In this document: positions 1-7,041 of the stretch, in pieces
Position numbering within the stretch: the stretch's first letter is position 1
Layout: each line of letters opens with the position of its first letter
IMG/VR virus record: IMGVR_UViG_3300031134_000001
Coordinates: 1-64,000 of that record
Strand: one strand, 5' to 3'
Origin: a virus
Taxonomy: Duplodnaviria; Caudoviricetes
DNA: 64,000 nt
The notes under the pieces: model-generated
Databases searched by the model: none
Told to the model about the DNA's origin: nothing
What the model saw: only the letters and a program-made list of their open reading frames with translations
Made by a program: the position numbers and the translations under genes

Positions 1-170
1 ATATGCTTGTACGCGGGCTGCGGTTCGATGAGCACGCCCTTGTGCTGCGGCTCACACATGAACTCGATAATCGGAATCAGTTGATCCCGATCTTCTTGGG
101 TAACTTGGCGCATGCCCAAGCGAGCCAGGCGTTGTTCCGTAAGTAAAAATTTAAGCAGATTATCAAGCAT
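1..170 (-). CDS. Hypothetical protein, N-terminal part only (runs off the window); third gene of the fibre/oxygenase cassette
   Basis: Read by hand on the minus strand: AGGAAA RBS, then ATG at 170, open to base 1 (MLDNLLKFLLTEQRLARLGMRQVTQEDRDQLIPIIEFMCEPQHKGVLIEPQPAYKH...). Starts 12 nt after the oxygenase stop. Confidence 0.7.
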   Translation of the reverse strand, partial: MLDNLLKFLLTEQRLARLGMRQVTQEDRDQLIPIIEFMCEPQHKGVLIEPQPAYKH

Positions 171-182
171 AGCATTTTCCTG

Positions 183-851
183 TTATTGGATCTTCGGACC
201 CATACCCCATACCACGATGGTTGCTCGGTCGCCCTTGGTCACAGGCATCACGCAGTGCGGGACGTGTGAGTAGAAGAACACAACAGTACCAGCAGGTGGT
301 CGCAGCGAGACAACGCTCTCTGGATTGCCGCCGATGTTCAGGAGCAGCTCACCCCCTTCGTATTCGTCTGGACCGGTCAAGAACAGCACGGCCGAGAGTT
401 TACGGTGCTCAGTCGACTCTTGGTTTTCATGCACGTCCACATGCCAGGTGTAATGCTGGTTCAGGCCGTACTTGGTAAACTGCATCGGGTTGAAGTGGTT
501 CAGCAGCAACTGGAACTTGTCGCGGTTGACCATGCCCATGGTGTCAGCCATCCGCTGGAGCAACCAGACCCGACCTTCGATTTCCGGCTGATTCGGATCG
601 TCGTTGATCCAAGCGATTTCCGAATCCCGGATTTCCTTGTCTTCGTGGTTGTTGCCAACCGAGCCGGCATGAAACACCATCAGTTCACCGAGCTCCCGGA
701 TCTTGCGGCACTCATCGCGTTCAGCGTTGTAGACCGGTGGTTGGCCTTCGGCTTCGACGTTCCACCCGTTGTTAAACGCGTTGAACAGTTCGCAATACGA
801 AACGTACGGGAAGGTACGTTCAGGAATGCCATAACGAGGATTTTGGTTCAT
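183..851 (-). CDS. 2OG-Fe(II) dioxygenase, PKHD/prolyl-4-hydroxylase-like
   Basis: QFTKY...YTWHVD (HxD), RKLSAVLFL, YEGGEL, GTVVFFYSHVPHCVMPVTKGDR (distal His and 2OG-binding Arg), WxxGP. AGGAAA RBS. Confidence 0.92.
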   Translation of the reverse strand: MNQNPRYGIPERTFPYVSYCELFNAFNNGWNVEAEGQPPVYNAERDECRKIRELGELMVFHAGSVGNNHEDKEIRDSEIAWINDDPNQPEIEGRVWLLQRMADTMGMVNRDKFQLLLNHFNPMQFTKYGLNQHYTWHVDVHENQESTEHRKLSAVLFLTGPDEYEGGELLLNIGGNPESVVSLRPPAGTVVFFYSHVPHCVMPVTKGDRATIVVWGMGPKIQ

Positions 852-875
852 GCTGTTTTCCTTTGTTAGTAGATA

Positions 876-3116
876 TTAGAATTGTTGCTTGACGATGACT
901 TGTGCGCCAGGACCCACGTTCACTGGGTACTTGCCGTCTGCGGTTGGGGTAACAGTCACCAGAGTATCTGCGACATAGTTACCACCTGCCGTACTCGCTG
1001 CGCCTGGGAAGACAACACCCAAAGCCGTGAACGGTTGCGAAGGCGCGCCTGTTGTGCTCGGATTGTAGACTGCACTGCCTGGCACGACTGGGTTGTAATT
1101 CGCGTTACCCGGCACGATTGGCGAATACACTGCGGTGCCAGCTACTGGGGGATTGTAGTTAGCATTGCCCGGTACGCCAGGGTTGTAGTTTGCGTTCCCT
1201 GGTGATGGCGGATTGTGTGTCGAGTTGCCAGGAATCGGCGGATTGTAATACGACGGATTGGAATAGCCCGGCGCCGGATACGGTGGCGTATACGTTGCAG
1301 GATTCGAATACGGCGGATTGGTCGTCGATGGATTGTACGTCGGCGGGTTGGTATTGCCCCACGTGATATTCGCTGGATTCGTGTTGCCTGGCGAATACGT
1401 ACCTGGGTTTGTGTTACCAGGAGAGTAAGTCGGCGGGTTAGTGTATCCGGGCGAAGAAATCGTACAGATGTGGTATTGCGTACCGGCGTTGTAACCATCA
1501 TTAAAACCACCATACGTCCAGCCTACAGGACACGAGTTTCGCGTCGGAACTTGCGTCTCATCGTAGTAGGGTGAATTGACGTTACCTGGAATTGTTGATC
1601 CTGGGTTGGTGTATCCGGGCGTGTAAGTCGGTGCATTGACATTACCCGGTGTTGTGATGTTCGGATTGGTGTATCCTGGCACCAGCGTCCCTGGGGAGTA
1701 CGATCCCGGCACTGGGTTACCCGGCGTCACGTATCCAGGCATGGTACCGCCCGACACGTAATTACCCGGAACCAAATTACCTGGCTGCGTTGGGTTCGAA
1801 CCAATGTAGTTACCAGGCGATGGCGGATTGTAGTTCGCCACATTTCCAGGCGTTCCAGTATTGTAATTAGCAACAGTGCCTGGCTTATCTGGATTGTATC
1901 CAGTTAACGCCCCTCCGGTTGGCGGATTGTAGTTAGCAATCGAAGCCGGTTTATCGGGGTTATACACAGCATTTCCTGGGGTTGGTAAATTATAATTAGC
2001 ATTCCCAGGTATTGCCGCATTGTAATTCGCATTGCCTCCCGTTGCCGGATTGGTGCCCGTTGGTGTGCCCGGAATCGCTGGGTTGTAGCCCGCTACTGTA
2101 CCAGCCAACGGCGGGTTGTAATTCGCGTTACCCGGTACCGCAGGATTGTAATTTGCATTACCGCCTGTGGTTGGGTTATAACGAATCACGCCTGCCGTGT
2201 AGGTCGGTGCGTTGGACGATGCTGGCACCCACGATGGTGGGTTGCTGTAGTTAAAGCTAGCGATATACGTCGGCGGATTGTAATACGACGGCTGGTAATT
2301 ACCAGCATTCGTGCCAACTGTACCAGCGCTATACGTGCCGTTATTGGTACCCGCATTGCCCGGCGTGTACGTACCTGGGTTGGTGTAACCCGGCAAGAAG
2401 ATCTCACACACCTTCACCGGCAGACCGTTGCCACTTACTACGTCGTCGTAACCAGCGTACGACCAGCCCACTGGACACGCGTGATTACGCGGCACGTAGG
2501 TGGTGTCGAAGGAATTCTGATTCGTGTTACCGGGCGTATAGTTACCTGGATTTGTATACGGATTACCAGGGGTGTAAGTTGGCGGGTTGGTAAACTGATT
2601 ACCCGGTGTGAACGATGCAGGTACCAAGTTGCCAGGAACGTAGGCGCTCGGATAAACCACGACGTTACCAGGCACTGTATAACCTGCCACGTAGTTACCC
2701 GGCGTGTACGACGGCGGTGTGGTGTAACGGTTACCGGGTTCAACTGGGTTGTAACCAGCCACTGCCACAGGTGTCGGTGGATTGTAGTTCGCCACCGTAC
2801 CGGGTGTGGTTGGATTGTAATTGGCTGAGCCGGCTACGGGTGGGTTGTAGTTAGCGTTACCGGGCACCACTGGATTGTACCCAACGATGTTACCAGGGGT
2901 GATGGGGTTGTAGTTGGCGACATTGCCAGGTGTTGCGGGATTGTACACCGCGTTACCAGGCACTTGTGGTTGGCCTGGCGAACCAGTGCCTGAGACAAGA
3001 ACGTGCGATTTGCCGTATTCTAATGCGACCACACCAGGAGCGTTAAACAGTGAGGTGCTAGGAACAATACGGGCATTCGTCCGTTCACGCCGAAACTTTT
3101 GCGTTAAACGAGTCAT
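876..3116 (-). CDS. Pro/Asn/Gly/Tyr-rich repeat protein, probably virion fibre-associated
   Basis: 746-aa ORF with AAGG RBS. About 22 YNP motifs (manual count) in YNPxxPGNAN-type units, plus YTPGN/TNPG units and two CPVGW...C modules. Non-repetitive termini. Lies directly downstream of a tail-fibre gene. Confidence 0.75.
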   Translation of the reverse strand: MTRLTQKFRRERTNARIVPSTSLFNAPGVVALEYGKSHVLVSGTGSPGQPQVPGNAVYNPATPGNVANYNPITPGNIVGYNPVVPGNANYNPPVAGSANYNPTTPGTVANYNPPTPVAVAGYNPVEPGNRYTTPPSYTPGNYVAGYTVPGNVVVYPSAYVPGNLVPASFTPGNQFTNPPTYTPGNPYTNPGNYTPGNTNQNSFDTTYVPRNHACPVGWSYAGYDDVVSGNGLPVKVCEIFLPGYTNPGTYTPGNAGTNNGTYSAGTVGTNAGNYQPSYYNPPTYIASFNYSNPPSWVPASSNAPTYTAGVIRYNPTTGGNANYNPAVPGNANYNPPLAGTVAGYNPAIPGTPTGTNPATGGNANYNAAIPGNANYNLPTPGNAVYNPDKPASIANYNPPTGGALTGYNPDKPGTVANYNTGTPGNVANYNPPSPGNYIGSNPTQPGNLVPGNYVSGGTMPGYVTPGNPVPGSYSPGTLVPGYTNPNITTPGNVNAPTYTPGYTNPGSTIPGNVNSPYYDETQVPTRNSCPVGWTYGGFNDGYNAGTQYHICTISSPGYTNPPTYSPGNTNPGTYSPGNTNPANITWGNTNPPTYNPSTTNPPYSNPATYTPPYPAPGYSNPSYYNPPIPGNSTHNPPSPGNANYNPGVPGNANYNPPVAGTAVYSPIVPGNANYNPVVPGSAVYNPSTTGAPSQPFTALGVVFPGAASTAGGNYVADTLVTVTPTADGKYPVNVGPGAQVIVKQQF

Positions 3117-3132
3117 TCTACCCTACCTTGTA

Positions 3133-4368
3133 TTAACGGGGATTTTTGTGGGACAGCGAGCCGGACCAGGTCACCATGTTGTCTTCGGAGTAGAAGTACC
3201 AGTCGTCTTTGGCACCGGCGGCTGTCGTGCGCGGCGGAGCGACACCGTCAACCCACTTGACATTCGAAGGCCATGCCAGTGCATATACCTTACCGGTTGC
3301 ATCGTTGATGGTGCTGATCGAGAACTCGACAACCTGATCGGTCATATCGCCCACCTTACGGATGTCGAAGCCGACGGCGCCGCTACCTGTGACAAACAAC
3401 TGGAACGCGCCAGCTTGACTGATGTCGATGGAGATCGTACCGGCCATGGGGATCTTGAGCAAGTTCTGCGAACCCAGGCCAATGAACTTTGGCCGCTGCA
3501 TGTTGGCTTTGGTCTTTAACTGTGCTTCGATCGAACCGAGTTGCGCTTGCAACTTCATGAACGACATCAGGATCGTATCGTCTTCAGTGAGGCTGACCGG
3601 ATCGGTGACGGTGAACTTAGCCAAACGCGTGGCCAGCACACGTGCTTCTGTGAAGTATTTATTTGTTGCACCTTCAGCGAAGTCGTCCGTGGTGCTTTGC
3701 AGGTTGGCCATGGCAGCTTCAATTGCCAGATCCATGTGCTCTTTGGACACAGCGCCGATATCGGCGGCGGTCAAATTGTGTACGTTACCACTGGCGCCCA
3801 TGTGCATCGTAAAGTCCGCCGAAGCTCGGGCCATCAGCGCATCGACAACACGGTTGACGGCTTCCACAACTTTGGTCATGCCGACCATGTCGCGCAGGTT
3901 CCATTCGTGTGGCACTGGCGGGAAGATGCTCGGGTAACCGGCGACACTCTCCCACGACGTCACGCGCGGGTTATGCGCTTTGTCAGCCAGGATTTGCAGC
4001 GTAGTGGCTGGATCGACGGTCCACTCTCCACCGACGGTCTGGTAAGGGTTGAAGATGACGGTGCCGCGCAGCTCGTTGTTGAGCATCGTGACCGAGCCGA
4101 AGACGGGCTTACCGCACGCACGCGTCGCGCCCACGAAGTGATGCGAGAAGTAGTAATCTTTGCCCAAGATCAGAGGACGGATGTCGCCCTGCAAGGACTT
4201 GAAGTTCATCGTCATGCTGTCGGCGAAGAACGGCGTCGCAGCTGGGATCAGGAAGATGAAGTTTTCATTGCCGCCACCCATCAAAGGCTGGAGTTCGCCA
4301 ATGACTTTGTTGGTAGTGGCTTGACCGGTTGGGTCAAAAGGGTATTGCGGGCTTGTCAGTGTAGCCAT
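3133..4368 (-). CDS. Tail fibre-like virion protein (phiKZ gp131-family-type N-terminus)
   Basis: N-terminal YPFDPTG...NKVIGE anchor motif; central TDDFAEGATNKYFTEAR and DTILMSFMKLQAQL fibre motifs; C-terminal LAWPSNVKWVDGVAP beta-sandwich. Start moved to ATG 4368 (GAGG RBS). Confidence 0.7.
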   Translation of the reverse strand: MATLTSPQYPFDPTGQATTNKVIGELQPLMGGGNENFIFLIPAATPFFADSMTMNFKSLQGDIRPLILGKDYYFSHHFVGATRACGKPVFGSVTMLNNELRGTVIFNPYQTVGGEWTVDPATTLQILADKAHNPRVTSWESVAGYPSIFPPVPHEWNLRDMVGMTKVVEAVNRVVDALMARASADFTMHMGASGNVHNLTAADIGAVSKEHMDLAIEAAMANLQSTTDDFAEGATNKYFTEARVLATRLAKFTVTDPVSLTEDDTILMSFMKLQAQLGSIEAQLKTKANMQRPKFIGLGSQNLLKIPMAGTISIDISQAGAFQLFVTGSGAVGFDIRKVGDMTDQVVEFSISTINDATGKVYALAWPSNVKWVDGVAPPRTTAAGAKDDWYFYSEDNMVTWSGSLSHKNPR

Positions 4369-4477
4369 GAAACGCACCTCTAAGATGGTCTGGGAAATGA
4401 TGCCAGGATAATGTTATGTTTGGTCCCAGCGACTATATTATCTCGGCGTTTAGCCTTTAAAGCAAAGGAATTTCCCT

Positions 4478-5728
4478 ATGTATCAACTGGTTTCTGCCAT
4501 CGTAAAGCCGGTCGACAGCGTGAGCCGTTGGCGCAATATGGGGATTGAAGAATTCCCATTGAACCTTCTGTTTCGCGACTTCAAGCGCGTGATCGTTACG
4601 CTTTCCCACACAGCGCTCGACCACTATGTCAGCTTGGAGCTGGAACCACTGCGGGCGCAATTAGGTGGCTTGAATAAAAAGTTCGGTCAGTGGCTCTCGG
4701 AAAATGGTTCCAACACGTTACCGACCTCCAACGTCGTACCGGTCATCAATACCCGCTACGCCCACTTTTCAGACGCAGTGCGTGCAGGTCACAAGATCAC
4801 GCCGACACACCCGACCATCTCGCCATCGAGCCCGCTGCCGCTGTCGAGCAAGTCGCACTTACTCATTACCAAAGCGGAAGCGGATTACGAACGGATCTAC
4901 AAGCACTGCTTGGTCAACGTCAATGGCTTCTACCATCAGACCGACCACAGTGTTGACGGCGTGTTTGTCACAGACGGCATGAAGACCTGTTTGAAAGGTC
5001 GACGCAACGAAATCGGCCTGCTCTCGTTTGAGAACTTGGGAGCACTGTCGTTTATCCCGATTACTGACGACATGATCTACAAGCACAAAGCGCAGCAACA
5101 ACTGCGCTACAACTGCTACGTCGACACGGGTGTGGATCTGTCGAGCAAAACCGTACTGTTGGTTCTGGGTGGTTATTTGCACACGCTTGACAAACGTTCG
5201 TTCTATCGCATCAGCACGAGCGCCTTCGGCATTGACTTCGCGCAGATCCCACTCATCGATCGTTACTTCGAATCGTACAAAGTGCTGGACTACAGCAGCT
5301 TGGAGTTGGAACGCTCAGACACCAACGAGAGTCAGATCAGTGTATCGAATCTGTACCAAGATGCGGTACTGCGCAAATACCTGCAACTGTCGCAAACGTT
5401 CTTGGTGGTGTTAGACAACGCTGAAGTCTTTACTGACACGGTCGAACTCAAGCCTTCGCCATTCCCCGGCAACTATACATCGGACGTTGCCCCGATCTAT
5501 CCGCTGATGGTAGGTCACGGTCGCCATGAAGTCTTCTGGCCACGTAAAGAGCACGATCGTTATTCGGTCAACATCAATGCGCGGGCAGCATGGACCGCCC
5601 CGAAGAACTACGACACCGTCAAAACGCAAGCACAAGCATCAGTCAGTAACGCCAAACTCGCCTCACTCGGTTTTCGTAATAGCAGCGCCCACTTCCAACT
5701 CATCGGCAGTGACTTCGATTTAGGTTAA
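4478..5728 (+). CDS. Conserved phiKZ-like virion structural protein (baseplate/fibre region)
   Basis: 416-aa ORF with AAGGA RBS, divergent from the fibre gene. Assignment rests on position and size (gp130-like arrangement), an inference. Confidence 0.5.
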   Translation: MYQLVSAIVKPVDSVSRWRNMGIEEFPLNLLFRDFKRVIVTLSHTALDHYVSLELEPLRAQLGGLNKKFGQWLSENGSNTLPTSNVVPVINTRYAHFSDAVRAGHKITPTHPTISPSSPLPLSSKSHLLITKAEADYERIYKHCLVNVNGFYHQTDHSVDGVFVTDGMKTCLKGRRNEIGLLSFENLGALSFIPITDDMIYKHKAQQQLRYNCYVDTGVDLSSKTVLLVLGGYLHTLDKRSFYRISTSAFGIDFAQIPLIDRYFESYKVLDYSSLELERSDTNESQISVSNLYQDAVLRKYLQLSQTFLVVLDNAEVFTDTVELKPSPFPGNYTSDVAPIYPLMVGHGRHEVFWPRKEHDRYSVNINARAAWTAPKNYDTVKTQAQASVSNAKLASLGFRNSSAHFQLIGSDFDLG

Positions 5729-5767
5729 CGTCATAGCTCCCCTCCCATCGCGGGAGGGGAGTATGCG
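5728..5767. terminator. GC-rich hairpin between convergent genes, CATA/TATG-flanked family
   Basis: ctcccctccc-atcgc-gggaggggag, flanked by acgtcata and tatgcg. Confidence 0.7.
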
Positions 5768-5769
5768 CT

Positions 5770-6027
5770 CTAGTCGGCAGTAGCCGATCCTGTACCGATA
5801 ATACCAGCACCGCAGCCTGCACGGTCGCCTGTGCGAACAATACCCCGTCCACTACCTGTGGCAGTAGAACTGGAGCTGATAGGCGTTGTGCCGTGACCTT
5901 TGATGGGGCACTGATGCATGTCGCCATGCACTACGCCATCAACACCGTCCACCGTAAAATTACCTGAGGCAGAAATGATTCGACCGCCGTGGTCACTACC
6001 ATCGCCTAACTTTGCAACATTGGGCAT
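5770..6027 (-). CDS. PAAR-domain spike tip protein
   Basis: 85 aa with AKLGDGSDHGG, HQCPIKGH and VRTGDRAGCGA (PAAR Zn-ligand His/Cys pattern). Directly downstream of the spike gene. Confidence 0.88.
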   Translation of the reverse strand: MPNVAKLGDGSDHGGRIISASGNFTVDGVDGVVHGDMHQCPIKGHGTTPISSSSTATGSGRGIVRTGDRAGCGAGIIGTGSATAD

Positions 6028-6036
6028 GTTCTCTCC

Positions 6037-6963
6037 TTAAGTCATTGCCACTTTCTTACTGATCTGTACGGCGGTGCCGTTGATGGTAATGACGCCGCCA
6101 GCCTTTTGCTTAATCGAACTAGAAGCATTCAGATCGAAGGTGCCCGTTTTCTCAGTCATGCTGTCGCTTGCCTCTACCGAGTAAGCTTTGGTTTTTTCAG
6201 CGATGCTGTTACCGGCAGTGATCTTCACAGTCTCACCGATCTCCTCGATCTTGTTCTTGGCCTTGAGTGTGTACGTCTCGGGTACCTGGATCGTCAAGTT
6301 CTTTTTGTTGATCTCAAACGACGTGCCGTCAGGGTTCTCCATCGCCATCTGCTTTTCTTTAAAGTTGATGATGAAGATGTGGCCTGTATCATCGCGTAAT
6401 TGGAAGCAACCGTCTTTAACGTTGAGCTGGATATCAACCGAACAGAATTCCCCATTGGCTTTACTGGTATGAAAGTTCACCACGCCTTTGTGGGTCGACA
6501 CTTCCATGAAGTAGTAATTGTCGCCGGTAACTTCAGCACCTTCTTTCATTGTGCCGGACCATGCATACACCACCGTTTCCAGTTTACGCAGCTTTAAGTC
6601 ATCAACCAATGTCGTCCAGAAGAAGCGATCCTCATCAGCCCAACGATAGAGCATCACCACAGCACCGCGGCGTACGTCTGGAGGGGTGAACCGGTTAGAG
6701 CTTCCCAAAGGCAGCCACGTGGCTTCTACGCTGTTTGAGGTGCCAACCTTGATCTGTGACTCCGCACCTTCTCGCTCAGACAGAGTAACAGTGCTAGAGA
6801 CGATTCCCGACTTGACTTCACCGTCGAGCATTGGTAAGTCTTCCACGGGCGTGACTTCCACGACGTGGTTAAAACCACCTTCCTTGTTCTTTATTTTTTT
6901 GTTCTCTGCCACCATGCCGAGGGAATATGGCTTTAGTTCTGAAAACATTTCCGGCGTCAGCAT
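6037..6963 (-). CDS. Central tail spike (gp5/VgrG-like; phiKZ gp164-like)
   Basis: OB-fold-like WLPLGSSNRFTPPDVRRGAVVMLY and a C-terminal ~8-aa beta-helix periodicity (ETVKITAG/NSIAEKTK/AYSVEASD...). Followed by PAAR. Confidence 0.8.
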   Translation of the reverse strand: MLTPEMFSELKPYSLGMVAENKKIKNKEGGFNHVVEVTPVEDLPMLDGEVKSGIVSSTVTLSEREGAESQIKVGTSNSVEATWLPLGSSNRFTPPDVRRGAVVMLYRWADEDRFFWTTLVDDLKLRKLETVVYAWSGTMKEGAEVTGDNYYFMEVSTHKGVVNFHTSKANGEFCSVDIQLNVKDGCFQLRDDTGHIFIINFKEKQMAMENPDGTSFEINKKNLTIQVPETYTLKAKNKIEEIGETVKITAGNSIAEKTKAYSVEASDSMTEKTGTFDLNASSSIKQKAGGVITINGTAVQISKKVAMT

Positions 6964-7041
6964 GACGTACTCCTAATCGGTAAAATGAAAAATGATGGGC
7001 TTTCTCTATGTTTTGTAAGAGGCCCATATTAGAAAGCACCC

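Noticed and set aside
876-3116. Periodic DNA motif gg(a/g)ttgta(g/a)tt that could be taken for a CRISPR array or VNTR
   Set aside because: The units are degenerate at third codon positions, stay in frame and encode YNP peptide repeats. There are no identical repeats with unique spacers and no cas genes.
5770-6963. PAAR + VgrG-like + sheath/tube as a bacterial T6SS or tailocin
   Set aside because: Terminase, prohead protease, head proteins and virion RNAP in phiKZ-like order show a complete phage.
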